From positions 1 through 64,000 of the forward strand of contig NW_005434527.1 in assembly GCF_000315625.1 (NCBI RefSeq): 64,000 bases of DNA, read 5' to 3'. Both the position numbers and the translations under genes were made by a program. The notes under the pieces were generated by a model that saw only the letters and a list, made by a program, of their open reading frames with translations, ran no database searches and was not told the origin of the DNA. Below, piece by piece: positions 1 through 11,501 of the stretch (within the stretch, counting starts at the first letter, position 1; every line of letters begins with the position of its first letter). The stretch comes from Guillardia theta CCMP2712. Lineage: Eukaryota > Protista > Cryptophyta.

Positions 1-52
1 TAGGCACGACCGTCGAAAAGGATCGCAAAAAAAGGGGTAGCCCTTCAAATTC

Positions 53-1414
53 CTGGGAATAGACATACAAAATATCGGGTCACACAGTGTAAGAAAAGGT
101 ACTGTACATGGTTTGGTATCCACTCGGATCCAATGACTGATGTTGTGCAAAGGATCCGCTACTTATTGTTCCGGTGGAAGTCCAGATGGTCCAAGATATG
201 TTCCTCTGAGTAATAGGTGACAAACAATATCCATCACTGGATTCTGAGCCGTAGCGCAGAATTGGCTGGAAGATGGGACCTGTGCAAGACACATACATGA
301 GACTTGAGGCTGCAGGTAATTCTCTTCTCTGAGGTGACATGGAAGGGCAACGACTTGACCGCGCGATAGGCGACCAGTATGTGGGAAGGACAGCGACGGG
401 CCTGCCCCTGGACAAGGCAGAGTTTGCCACGTTGCCCCCCTACTTTCGCTGGTCTGATGGGGATGAAAGAGCATTTGTATCGTCTTACATCTCAGAGATG
501 TTCCCTGGAATTACAACCAAACTGTATCTTGTTGCAGAATACGCTGTGGCTTCTGTTGTGTATCATTCTGAATTTTTGATGAAGACACTCCCGAAGGAAC
601 ATGCTTTGTTGGCTACTTGCCTGTTCACGCAACAAGGAATTCTTCAACGAATGAAGAAAATGGTGACAATCGAGGGTCGGATGGCAGACGGTGTACAGGC
701 ATTCCAGCGCATGTAACAATCCTCAGAGGCATGAAAGGGCTTGAAGCTAGCAGGAAGGAGGTAGAAACGCGTGATACGCAAACAGACATCAGTCTGATGG
801 CATCAAACTCAGTGAACAATGGCAACATGGAGCAGAGTCACTGTGTTGGAAATATCGGCGGAGGGATGATGATGCCAATTGTGCTTCAAAAAGTGGAAGA
901 GATGACAACTCGATTTCGTCATATGGAGGATATGTTAGAGGTCCTGATGAGACAGGTGAATGGGAGGGCAGACTGTCAAAGCAGTCCAAGACAGCCTGCA
1001 CAAGTTGAGCAGAGTGGAGCATTGCAGGTGAACGGATACAACTGGGGTCGACGCATTCGCCTTCTGCCAGAAGATTTTTTATGGCCAAAGATGTTCGTTG
1101 ATGTGGCTTACGAGTGGTGGATGCAAGGAAATGCAGAAAAAGGGTATCCACCATTCAAAAACCTGGAACCGAGTGATTTTGCCGACCAGAATGCAAGGAA
1201 ACGTTTGAGTGACTTCAGGTATCTGATGGGCAAAATAGACCAATGTGCACAGGAGAAAGGAGTGTATAAGGAGAACGCAACCATGGAGGAAACCAAGGAA
1301 ATCTTCAAGCAGTGCGTGGAATGCTTGAAACTACCGAGGAAAGAAGGGAGGCAACGACGGACCTGGCAGTCTGTAGCGACCTGGTGCAGAGAACAAGACG
1401 GATTGCATCGTTGA
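53..1414 (+). pseudogene. Crypton (CryptonS-like) tyrosine recombinase, C-terminal part, with three introns and a 1-nt frameshift
   Basis: Splicing GT-AG introns 99-152, 217-259 and 316-369 gives LGIDIQNIGSHSVRKGSATYCSGGSPDGPRYVPLSNRIGWKMGPVQDTYMRLEAAGDQYVGRTATGLP. This contains the YR catalytic HxxR, GW and Tyr. A frame change near 673-677 joins to RCTGIPAHV and a C-terminal domain (LPEDFLWP...WWMQGN...PPF). No upstream coding sequence is recognisable before ~50. Confidence 0.8.
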
Positions 1415-1958
1415 GAACCAGTAGTTAGACGAATGAGATGATTACAGTGACAGATTTTATAGCAAAACATATGACGTACGCAAGTGCCGATATTCCACAG
1501 AAAAAATGAGTGGTAATGGACGTGTAGGAATGAAGAACGAAGGTGATGGTGGACTAAGGAGTTGAGGTTGTCTCTTTCCTTGCGATGTGGCAATATATTG
1601 ATGAGATTTGAATCGTGAGATTGTAGTTCAAGATCATTGTGTACATCATACATCCATTGTCATATGGCTAGCTATGATGTAAAGAGGAAAAGAATGCTCT
1701 CATCTACTCAGAATCGCTCACAGCACCGTCTTTCATCCTCTTCTGAAGCCATTGCGCAAATTTTATGGGAAATTTACTGCGAACTATAAACTTTCATAAA
1801 TTCTGGTACAACCCGAAAATCGGATACATAATAATATGATCCGGAAGAAACCTCCTACCCATAAAAATTCCAAATTTCTGACTCATCCGGATTGATATCC
1901 CCGTCTGACAATAAACTATTATAAGACCTACAATAAAAAAATCCGGATGGTTACTGAG

Positions 1959-2008
1959 AATTATGATTTATTCGCAAAACAGATAAAAATTATGATTTAT
2001 TCGCAAAA
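1959..2008 (+). repeat. Direct repeat of AATTATGATTTATTCGCAAAA (2 copies)
   Basis: Identical 21-mers at 1959-1979 and 1988-2008, downstream of the Crypton ORF. Confidence 0.85.
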
Positions 2009-2216
2009 AGTTGTCTCCTCACGTTTCCATATAATATAAGTGCAGCGCTGCTAAGTGTTTATCATTCTGAGGCAGACTTGCAAGGATGAATGGTCATCGA
2101 ACCCCTTTGCCCCCGGGGGGTGGTCCATTTATGTGGTGAACAATAAAAATGACAGAAAACCTCCAGAGTTGAAAGAAAGTATATATCGTGCCGGAAGAAG
2201 TCTTGGAAAGCTAATT

Positions 2217-2284
2217 TGTCAGGGTCAAGCCTCCTCTATTCTCCTTATTGTCCTCGTACTGATTTTAACTTAACTTTGAGTAAA
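2217..2284 (+). repeat. Dispersed 3'-anchored repeat, ~68-nt copy
   Basis: TGTCAGGGTCAAGCCTCCTC...TTGTCCTCGTACTGATTTTAACTTAACTTTGAGTAAA is nearly identical to 8829-8896 and to the reverse complement of 11502-11570. Confidence 0.9.
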
Positions 2285-2518
2285 GGAGTTTAGGACAGAA
2301 CACCACCTTTTTTTGTATTTGCGCTATTTTGGGATCCCCTCCAAAAAAAGGGGGAGGAAATTCAACTTTTTCCCCAAAACTTGTCCGAATATATTTCAAA
2401 AGTCAGGGCAGAGTTTTCAATGTTTTTCAGGAGTCTTGCACAAAAATTAATAATTTTTTTTAAAAAAGATGTATTTTTCCTCCTTGTTTGCTCCGGTTTG
2501 CCTTTCCCTGGGTGCAGC

Positions 2519-4633
2519 ATGCAGCCAGAACACGTTGCGTCGAACAAGCGCAAGAGACGGCGAGAGACGGGGGAGGAGCGAGCGAAGGTTGAGGTTGAGG
2601 AGGAGGCCCCACAAGCAAGTGGTCAACGGGAGGCCCACCAAGACCATTTTGTAGAGTTGGATCAGCTACACAATCATAGGAGGAGGAACCAGCTTCGCGA
2701 GAAGCAGAAGCAGCTTCCCAAGAGGAACAAGGATCCGCATCGCAAGGAGGAGGAGGACGAGAGGGAGCAGCAGCGCAAGAAGGAGGAGGAGCAGCGCAAG
2801 GAGAAGGAGGAGCTTCGCAAGAAGGTGGAGCAGCTTCGCAAGAAGGAGCAGCTTCGCAAGAAGAGGGAGAAGCTTCGCAAGGAGAAGGAGGAGCAGCTTC
2901 GCAAGAAGGTGGAGCAGCTTCGCAAGAAGGTGGAGCAGCTTCGCAAGGAGAAGAATGAGCAGCTTCGCAAGAAGGAGGAGGAGCTTCGCAGCAAGGAGAA
3001 GGAGCATCTTCGCAAGGAGAAGCTTCGCAAGAAGGTGGAGAAGCTTCGCAGGGAGAACCTGGTTTTGAGGCAGATTCCGTCATCTGTAGAGCGAGGGATA
3101 GCTTGGGAGGAGTCAGAGGCAGGGCTTGATCGCATGGGCTTTTGCGAGCAGAGAAAGTTCTTCCGCCTCGATAGCTCGTACTTATCGATGGATGCAAGCG
3201 ATGTCAGCAACCAGGAGCTCTTTCTCTACTGCCGAGAAGCCTTCACGAAGCAGCAGAGCTTCCTGAGAGAGCGAGTGCTGGAGCAAGGCGCTCTGGGCTG
3301 GATCCAAGGGCCGCCAGGAACAGGGAAGACGACTACGACGCTAGCGTTCTGCCTGTCGCTGGACATGAAAGAGTGGATGGTGACTTTTCTCAGGCTGAAG
3401 CCTGTACACATCTACTGCATGCAAGTGGTGAACGGGAGGCGAAGATTTTGCAAGATCTTGTATAGCTCTGCAGCAGAGGGGTTACGGGAGGCCTTTGCAG
3501 GGCGCGAGGGCAAGAAGCATGTGGTAGTGCTAGATGGTTTCCTGAGACAGCAAGAAACTCATCAAGGCGTGTATCGGGAGTGTCTGGTATGGCGTGATGC
3601 AGACCAGCAACATCGACGACTGGCTGTTGTAACATCGATGTCATCTCGGGGGAAGGTGTACACAGAGTGGGATCAAGAAATGAAGCTTGAGACGCATAAG
3701 GTTGTTTCCTGGACGCTCGATGAGTACCTGCAGGCGGTGCAGCACGACGAGCTGTATGAGCAAGTGAAGCCCTTCTTGGAGATGGATGTGGAGGTAGAAT
3801 GGATGCTAATCACGACATGCGATGGGCAAGAGACGAGAGAGGAGCGGGTCGTAAGGAAGTACTATCTCGCCGGGGGCTCATGTCGGTTCATGTTCCAGAG
3901 AACCGTGGCCAATGTGAAAGAGGCATTGGACGACGCCATTGAGAGTGGTACGAACCTGGAGACCGTCCTCCAGGGCAACGTAGGAGAGTTTTCGCCGCAA
4001 GCCATCAACCGGTTGATAGCATACGTCGAGTTTGGGAGTAAGAGAAGCTGGTTGCCAGTGAGCAAGTATGTTGCAAGTACGCTTGCGGAGCGTACTGCAG
4101 AATCGACTTTGAGGCAGTTGGCTCTCAGTTATGGCTATGGAAATCCGGGCGTGAAGGGAAGTCTTTTCGAGATGCTTTTCTTCAAGAAGATGGAACAAAC
4201 AGGGTTGAGTGTGACTTACCGTGGCCCGAGACAGACCGAGAGCTGGGATCGATGTCTTGTGGTGAATTTCTCATCATTGCAAGGGATCAAGACGCTTCCT
4301 GCGCAAAATACGTGCTTGAGGCCCATTAGCGCGTTTCAGGGGGGCTATGACGCAGTGATGGTCGACAAAGAGAAGCGGAAGGTGATGTTTGTACAAGCAA
4401 CGATCGCACAGAAACACTCTTTCAAACTCTCTTTCTTCTTGAAGGCTCTGAAAGCGCTTAACATCCCGGAAGGTGGGGAGTGGAAGGTGGAGGTTGTTTT
4501 CCTGATTCCGGTTGAGGAGCTTGCAAGGTTTGAGATCAAACCCATCGAAGACAGCGGGGCGCTAAAGGATTACGGATGGAAGAGAGGAGAGGAGGCAATG
4601 CAAGCAGAAGTAGCAGGGATTTCTATCTTATAG
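2519..4633 (+). CDS. Crinkler/RHS-type protein: charged coiled-coil repeats + P-loop NTPase + restriction-endonuclease-fold domain
   Basis: Intronless ORF. Walker A GPPGTGKT, Walker B VVVLDG, AGGSCR motif, then GSLFE...GGYDAV...FVQATIAQKH, which matches the CR-NTPase+CR-REase architecture. N-terminal KRKRRR (NLS-like). Confidence 0.7.
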   Translation: MQPEHVASNKRKRRRETGEERAKVEVEEEAPQASGQREAHQDHFVELDQLHNHRRRNQLREKQKQLPKRNKDPHRKEEEDEREQQRKKEEEQRKEKEELRKKVEQLRKKEQLRKKREKLRKEKEEQLRKKVEQLRKKVEQLRKEKNEQLRKKEEELRSKEKEHLRKEKLRKKVEKLRRENLVLRQIPSSVERGIAWEESEAGLDRMGFCEQRKFFRLDSSYLSMDASDVSNQELFLYCREAFTKQQSFLRERVLEQGALGWIQGPPGTGKTTTTLAFCLSLDMKEWMVTFLRLKPVHIYCMQVVNGRRRFCKILYSSAAEGLREAFAGREGKKHVVVLDGFLRQQETHQGVYRECLVWRDADQQHRRLAVVTSMSSRGKVYTEWDQEMKLETHKVVSWTLDEYLQAVQHDELYEQVKPFLEMDVEVEWMLITTCDGQETREERVVRKYYLAGGSCRFMFQRTVANVKEALDDAIESGTNLETVLQGNVGEFSPQAINRLIAYVEFGSKRSWLPVSKYVASTLAERTAESTLRQLALSYGYGNPGVKGSLFEMLFFKKMEQTGLSVTYRGPRQTESWDRCLVVNFSSLQGIKTLPAQNTCLRPISAFQGGYDAVMVDKEKRKVMFVQATIAQKHSFKLSFFLKALKALNIPEGGEWKVEVVFLIPVEELARFEIKPIEDSGALKDYGWKRGEEAMQAEVAGISIL
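2690..3052 (+). repeat. Coding tandem array (GAGCAGCTTCGCAAGAAG units; EQLRKK)
   Basis: Many variable-length copies of CAGCTTCGCAAG. Confidence 0.9.
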
Positions 4634-5100
4634 TCAGGGAGATCCTTAGAGAGGAGAGGTCACATGCCGAAGAACATCGTTTCTTGAGGCACGCATGGAG
4701 GTAGCCAAACCCCTTCACAGTTATGCGGCTGATGTTTGTGAAGAGTAAAGTCTTGGACATGTCAAGCAAAGGCTTTCACTGGTCATGTTGTTCCAATCGA
4801 GACGCAGCAGTTCTTCATCATCCGTCTCCTTCCATGCCGAGGCTGAGAGCCAAGTGCCTACTTGTCATTGAAGCTGGCGCCCAGATGACTTAATTCGTGC
4901 TCGCGCCGGCGCAAGGCACACTCGAGCGTTTGTCCGTTGAGGGTACTCCATGGCGGCAGGCTGCAGCAGGACTCGATGGAAAGGTCGCCCCTTTCCGCTC
5001 TTCTTTCCTTGCATCATCATTGACACGACGGTGAAGGTTGTACACTGCAACTTCAACAAGTTCAAGCAGCTCTACTCGTATGTGACAGCATGCTATCTTT

Positions 5101-5180
5101 ATTTATTATGTATCCGGTTTTCGGGTTGAACCAGATTTTATGGAAGTTTATATCATACAAATACATATCCCATAAATTTT
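5101..5180 (-). repeat. Diverged inverted copy of 1758-1836 (region 3' of the Crypton ORF)
   Basis: Reverse complement reads AAATTTATGGGA...TATAAACTTCCATAAAATCTGGTTCAACCCGAAAACCGGATACATAATAA; the original reads AAATTTTATGGGA...TATAAACTTTCATAAATTCTGGTACAACCCGAAAATCGGATACATAATAA. Confidence 0.8.
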
Positions 5181-6003
5181 CGTGAAGGCTTCTCGGCAGT
5201 AGAGAAAGAGCTCCTGGTTGCTGACATCGCTTGCATCCATCGATAAGTACGAGCTATCGAGGCGGAAGCACTTTCTCTGCTCGCAAAAGCCCATGCGATC
5301 AAGCCCTGCCTCTGACTCCTCCCAAGCTATCCCTCGCTCTACAGATGACGGAATCTGCCTCAAAACCAGGTTCTCCTTGCAAAGCTGGGCCTCCTTCTTG
5401 CGAAGCTGCTCCACCTTCTTGCGAAGCTGCTCCTCCTTCTCCTTGCGAAGCTGCTCCTCCTCCTTGCGAAAAGCTGCTCCTCCTTCTTGCGAAGCTGCTC
5501 CTCCTTTTTGCGAAGCTCCTCCTCATTCTCCTTGCGGAGCTGCTCCTTCTCCTTGCGAAGCTGCTCCTCCTCCTTCTTGCGAAGCTGGGCCTCCTCCTTC
5601 TCCTTGCGAAGCTGCTCCTCCTTCTTGCGCAGCTGCTCCTCCTCCTTCTTGCGCAGCTGCTCCTCCTCCTTCTTGCGCAGCTGCTCCTCCTTCTCCTTGC
5701 GCAGCTGCTCCTCCTTCTCCTTGCGAAGCTGCTCATTCTTCTCCTTGCGAAGCTCCTCCTCCTTCTTGCGAAGCTGCTCCTCCTTCTCCTTACGAAGCTC
5801 GTCCTCCTCCTTCTTGCGAAGCTGCTCCTCCTCCTTCTCCTTGCGAAGCTCTCCTCCTTTTTCTTGCGGAGCTGCTCCTCCTTCTTGCGCAGCTGCTCCT
5901 CCTTCTTGCGCAGCTCCTCCTCCTTCTTGCGGAGCTGCTCCTTCTCTTTGCGCAGCTGCTCCCCCTCTTCCTCCTTGCGATGCGGATCCTTGTTCCTCTT
6001 GGC
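5179..6003 (-). pseudogene. Inverted partial duplicate of the CR-NTPase gene (about 2718-3249) with an expanded, frameshifted repeat array
   Basis: Near-identical ENLVLRQIPSSVERGIAWEESEAG...CREAFTK. The repeat array is longer than in the + copy, has a frameshift near 5470, and the copy stops before Walker A. Confidence 0.9.
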
Positions 6004-7200
6004 AAGTTGAAGTCATAGTCTCTATTACCCAGCGCTTGATTCTTATCCCTCACATACTGCTTTACTTGCAGATGAGTATCAATTGCAACTATGAAGCCTT
6101 CAAATATTACAAAGGATAGTCCCTTGACATATTTGTGGCTGACATTGGTCCAGTCGATGCCTTCCAATAGCCATCGACCCTCGTGAACGAGACGTATCCT
6201 CTCTGAAACTTTCAGCACTCTTTCATCGAATGCTTTGTGCAGGCCAGACATAGCCTCTGCCATTCTTGCTGTCGCTTCATGTCCTTCTGCCTTTAGTAGA
6301 CTGATGGCCTTGTCACTGAACATCTTCAGCATGATATCCACCGATTGTGGATCGGCGGTCCCGTCGACTTCCATCTGAGTCATCCAAGCAGGATTCTTCT
6401 TGGCGATATCGCTGTAAGCTTTATGCCCCATCATCGCTTCGCTTGATGATGACTGCGACTTCCCTGATCCAATTCAACAAGTGATTGATGCACGGCGAGA
6501 AAAACAACTTGTTCGTAACTGGAGAGAGGACCGGGGATTGGATAACCATTCGTCGAATCTAAAGCGGATCTTGTGTTCATCAAAGTCATTTAGTCCATCA
6601 GCTATTCTTCGCTCCATCTCCCAAGGAGTGAATGTTTCCTCCTTCTCGTCATTGTGGTTGGCCAATGAAAGAACTTCTTCATATCCATACCGTCTGCAAA
6701 ATATTTGAAGCCTGCAAAACATCTCTTTCAGGGTCGCTCTCGGCCTCTTGCTCGTGTTGCATCGTAGCGTCTTCTTCTTTTGAACTTGCCATATGGCCTG
6801 GTTCTGTCACAACTGCAAAACAAACTGTTTGATTTCTCTGAGTCATCTCGGCAACATCCATCTGTACAATTCCTTGCTGAGGTGTGTAAATCCACGAAGT
6901 GACCAGTAGACCATTCTTCCATTCGAGAAAGAAGGTTTCCATTCTTCCTGCGAATGTTGCAAATACGTGTACGAAGTTGATTCAAGTGCTCATAAATGAC
7001 CTTTGTGCCTCCATGTGATTTACCAGATGCTTGTTGTTCGAAAACCTGCATGTAGTGCTGGAGAAACAATCTCGAAAATCCTTCTGATGTATGCCCATAG
7101 ACATCTCCGAGGACCTTTAGTTTGTTCTGGATTTCAAACAAAGATACAGAACGAAGATTCCACTTGAGGTTCTGGGTCGCTGAACTCAGCTAAAAGATTC
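6004..7200 (-). pseudogene. Degraded DDE transposase-like sequence (P-element/THAP9-like motifs)
   Basis: Broken ORFs with VYGHTSEG, EHLNQLRTRI and DPQSVDIMLKMFS...GHEATA...AFD. These resemble P-superfamily motifs; the match is by eye only. Confidence 0.4.
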
Positions 7201-7899
7201 TAGTCTTCACACTCCACAGATAAAGTTGCATGGCCATGACATCGCAAGAAATCCAACAGCTTGAAAACCAAGGCATCATCCCATTTAGAGAGCAAGATCT
7301 GCTCAAGATCATTGCAAGTGTTTTGTTTTTTGAACCTTGCAACATGCGGCACTTTCGAATACTGGTCATCTCTCTTCGTCTGTGGCATGATGTGCATGTT
7401 TTCTTCGCTGGAGGCCTCGCCGGGCCTGCCCATGGTGTGGTGCAACATAGCTTTGCCCGCCAAAACTTTGATTTGAATTTTCTCGTGACACCCTGCCATG
7501 GCATGCAGCACCCCCTAAATCCCCCGCCGCCCCGAACGCTCTGCATGGAGGCGCGATGAGGAAAGGAGGGGGGGTATTTAACTAAATATTTGTACCAGTT
7601 TTAATTCCCACACTAGGGGTTGGCCCGTCTGTCAGATCATTGACTGAAAAACCGGGAAAACCAAACCGGGAGCAAGCAAGGAGGAAAACTTAGGAGAAAA
7701 CCTACAACTCCGCCTCGAGAAAATACTAGGAAACGAAGGAGGCAGCAAAACCGCTACTCCAACCACGCAAGCGGCGACGGCAGGCAAGGCAATGACTCTC
7801 CGAGCCAGAACCACTGACCCCATCAACGATGGAGGCTGACTCTGTGCCACCGTGAAGCGATCGACTGTCCCTCGTGCGAGGCTCAGTGGATGGGCCCGG

Positions 7900-8280
7900 C
7901 ATGATGGGGCACTGGCCGCGTCAGTGCCGCAGGGCTCCACTGCCCGGGGGGCCCCCGGAACCGTGGGCTCGAAGGTTGACTTGCTGACTCTGGGGGATAG
8001 AGCCGCCTCCACTGTGTAGCTGCCATGAGCCCGGAGAAGTGTTACCCTGGCATCCAGGCGAGAGAACAGGGGACTGCCTCAGGGGGTCGAGAATGTCGGC
8101 TGAGGTCTGCGAAGAAGCTGGCCGTGGACTTTCTATGCAGTGTCGAAACCCGCGGTAAGACGAGAGGAAGTTGGCAGAATGAAGTTCCGGAAGTTGTAGG
8201 CATCCTTGGTAGCCTCGTCCCGGCGTTCCATTCGAAGGATCGGGTTTTACTGAGTCCGATCATGTCAGGTCCACTGGCCT
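7900..8280 (-). pseudogene. Possible decayed 3' end of a CRE-like non-LTR element
   Basis: The - strand frame ...TKDAYNFRNFILP...*KVHGQLLR resembles the end of the RLE domain seen at 8907-9872. It is followed by a pyrimidine-rich UTR-like stretch (- strand 7760-7640). Confidence 0.3.
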
Positions 8281-8727
8281 GCAGCTGACTTGGCAGTGAA
8301 CTGATTTATTGAGGACCGTGGCATGAAGGATGGCGTCCAACTTCGGAGAGATTCCGCCCGGTCAGTCTGCATCTTCGTCCGGGAGTCGCCCGAGGCCATG
8401 ACTCTGTGATGAGCCGCTGATGACGAGAGGCTTGAATGTTTCAAGTTTCAGGGCCGAGGCCTGCCACTGCCTAACCGGCCCCCGACGAACTCCTTGAAGT
8501 CTTGAAGGACCACCGTGCCAGCCCGTGACTGCCGCGGCCTCGGCGGCCTCCGCCTGGCACCTCACTGTGATACACAGAGTCTCTGGTCCAGGATCTTTCG
8601 TCAGCTCAAGGCCTCCCTGTCCTATGCTGCCATCATTGCGGGTGCGTACAGATATGCGTCTCATTCCTTCGGCGGCGGCCACAGCGACATCGGTGACATG
8701 GCGCGGGGGAATGGCCTGCGCGCCGGG

Positions 8728-8896
8728 GTTAAGTGAAGGTATCAGTTAAGTTTGAGGGACAGCAGTGGGCAGGATGAGGGTTGGTTCTCGCTGTCTTTTC
8801 TCTTCTCGCCGTTCGGCTTGTGCGGCAGTGTCAGGGTCAAGCCTCCTCTCTTCTCCTTATTGTCCTCGTACTGATTTTAACTTAACTTTGAGTAAA
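8728..8896 (+). repeat. Dispersed 3'-anchored repeat, longest uninterrupted copy (~169 nt)
   Basis: Matches the reverse complement of 12669-12769 joined to 11502-11571; ends AACTTAACTTTGAGTAAA. Confidence 0.9.
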
Positions 8897-8906
8897 GAGC
8901 TCTGAA

Positions 8907-9872
8907 CTAACCGTCGGGTGACTCAGGTGGAAGAGCCTGCAAGTACGGAGAGGGCGACCACGTATATTGGTGCGGCCCCCCCGTTTCCTTGTTCGCCGAG
9001 CGATCCGCCAGCCACCACAGAAAGCGCAACGCATCGTCCTGCAAGAGGCCATCAGTGCTGGCGATGATGGGAAGAAAGGCCTTTGGCGGGACGTGCTGAG
9101 CATATGCATTACGATGCCCTCGGATCTTCCGCTGTGCTGCCGCTTGCAGTTTGCTCCGAGCGAGGTCCGGTATTCCATCATTGTCAAACACATGTGACAT
9201 GCTGAAGTCCAGGATTAACCCATGCCATCCGCCGCCAGTAGCCATCAGTTGTGGAAGTTCAAAGTCCCCTACATGATGATCTTCCGGGCCATGTTGGGAA
9301 ACGTTCTGCCTGGTGCCGGGTACGCCTTGCACGTGGACGCGGCATCTCACTCCGGAATCTTTGATGAGGGTACTGAGGACGGCATTGCACTTCTCATGCG
9401 CATCAGTCCATAACTGGCTGCGGTGCCTGCAGGTTGCCATGTGTGTGGTCCCCCCAGGATGACGGAGAAGATGATGGCATCGATCGCAGTGCGGCGGGAG
9501 GTCAACCGGCAATCCATGAAGAAACTTGTCAGCGGCAGCCACCAAGCTGATGGGCTGCTGCTCAAAGATCCCAAGGTTTGTACTTTCCATAGTCGAGTGC
9601 CAAATCGTGCGCTGAGGGGTAAACTGAGACAGAAGTTCATCAACCGGGTGGCCTGGTACTCGAAGGGGAGTAGAGAAGCTGGAGTGGTGTGCCAACAAAG
9701 ATCTCTGGCGCTCAGAAAGGTGAGCCCGAATACTGCGGAACCGAGGAAACTCCGAGAGGAACTGAGCCGTGAGCTCCCGCTGGGCGGGGATGAAAAGCAC
9801 ACTGCCCGACGTCCCAAATAATTCAGGCGAGGGGATCCAGCCATTGTCGCACGCCTGAGGAAGCTCCGCCAA
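8907..9872 (-). mobile_element. Non-LTR retrotransposon fragment (CRE-like), Zn-knuckle + restriction-like endonuclease domain, RT missing
   Basis: CDRC...H...C knuckle, AHEK, GD...LILDFSMSH, AAAQRKIRGHRNAY, FLPIIASTDG. This motif order matches the C-termini of RLE-type LINEs. Confidence 0.7.
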
Positions 9873-10244
9873 GGAGGTGTACGCCGAGAAATTTCAAAAA
9901 GTGATTCGGTACGAGCTGTACTATCCGAAAGAACGAATTTCAATTTGTTTCAAAGTAGAATGTTGTTCGGCCGCGTATGGGCTCTCATACACAATCATAG
10001 TCTAAAGTGGCGCGCCTCTGTGGTCTCTTTGTACTTTCTACTTCTGCATCTTCCTGTAGCAACAAAACTAACTCTTTACTTCCAACACACAAAACGCCGT
10101 CACGTCCTACATGTCCTTCCACTGTTTGCCTTTCTTCCTGCAGTACTGCCGCGGTACCGTACGGTAGGCGCGCAAGGCCGACTTGGTTGGAGAGGGGCCT
10201 AGACCCCCACGGCGAGGGACAAGGAGACCCAACCGTCCCAGTTA

Positions 10245-11350
10245 TCACCTTGAATATCCGGACGAATTCGTTTGGTTTTTTGGGGGAAAATCAGCTTCCA
10301 GGGTCTCTCCCGCATTTACCGACACGACGTCGAAATAGTCTACATCCTTCTCGAAAAGCTTTGAAACCTCACCGAAAAATCTGATCTCCAATTCGCCTGC
10401 ATTCGACGGTAGATACACATACTTTCCCGATGACCCGTGTATCACTTCAGAGAGCTGCCCATACAACATCGTTTTTGAATCAAACGTGGGTATCACAAGG
10501 TCCTGTGGTACCCCGATCGTTTCCCACACTTTCCGTCGAAACCTTGCGTGCTCCTCATCCTTCAAGAGCCGATTTACGGCAGTCATAGAAATATCTCCTT
10601 TCAGCATCGCATTGAGATCCTTCTTCGACAACATAGATTGCAGCGCACCATCTTCGGAATATTCAACAATCTGCACCACTTTCCTGAACAGCTTCTCAAG
10701 GATATGATGTTGTACCCGTGACATCCGCATATTTCAATCAAGCCTGATGCACACCTTTGGGTGAGGAATGACAGTTGACACTTGTAGTAATTAGCAAGCT
10801 GCTGCAGCTGCGTCTCCATGTCCTTCTTCTGCTGCTGCAGCTCCTTCTCCATGTCCTTCTTCTGCTGCTGCAGCTCCGTCTCCATGTCCTTCTTCTGCAG
10901 CTGCAGCTCCTTCTCCATGTCCTTCTTCTGCAGCTGCAGCTCCGTCTCCATGTCCTTCTTCTGCAGCTCCAATGCAATAACATACACATTCGAGGTCGCA
11001 TTCGCAGCATCAATCCCCAGCATATCGCACACCTCAGTGACATATGCTTTCCCAGAGCTTATGGCTGAGATCCGTACCCGCCCGCGAGCGGCTGAGAAGA
11101 TTGGCAGTATTCTGCGTGAGGGCCTCGGACCTAAGCCCATCCTAGTAGCTGACAAGGCAGACAAGCGGGACCGCGATGCTAGTAAGTTGAGGTCCCTGAC
11201 GGGAACCAGGTTTGACTGCAACCAGGCATGAGACGATTCCAATGCCGGCGGGATCCCGAAGCCATGACAAGGGGCAACCAGAGCTGCAAACCAAGAGAAG
11301 GCCAGGCCTAGAACCAGATATCTTGTAGGATTCATTTCATTCGTCGCCAT
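10245..11350 (-). CDS. Putative plastid-targeted coiled-coil protein with C-terminal LYxxLSxxIH domain
   Basis: Signal peptide ending CHG-F, S/R-rich transit-like segment, 11-aa repeats, and a donor GTGTGC after LTQR. The second exon is ORF 10245-10730; the acceptor position is uncertain. Confidence 0.55.
10803..10975 (-). repeat. 33-bp tandem repeat (~5 copies; LQ(L/Q)QKKDME(T/K)E)
   Basis: Direct inspection of the repeated CTCCATGTCCTTCTTCTGC. Confidence 0.9.
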
Positions 11351-11428
11351 GTGTGCATCAAGCATCTCTAAATCCTTCTCGTGCGAGAAAACTAAAAAAA
11401 AACTATCCCGTCCTCAGGAGAAGATAGT

Positions 11429-11449
11429 AGGTGTGTCCGGTACGCTACT
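11429..11449 (+). mobile_element. Solo terminal inverted repeat of the 11572-12668 family
   Basis: AGGTGTGTCCGGTACGCTACT, preceded by AGT (the reverse complement of the ACT target). Confidence 0.75.
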
Positions 11450-11501
11450 ATCTGTACGTTGTTAGTAACTGTAGGTTAAATTCGCGTACAGTAGGCTAAG
11501 T

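Noticed and set aside
2460-6119. Alternative-frame ORFs (CEAAPP, LLLLAK, SSFLR repeats)
   Set aside because: Shadow frames of the EQLRKK repeat arrays
10175-10245. Structured RNA / HDV-like ribozyme (GGTTGG/CCAACC, GGGG/CCCC, GGGAC/GTCCC pairings)
   Set aside because: I could not fit P3/P1.1 or the catalytic C junction on either strand
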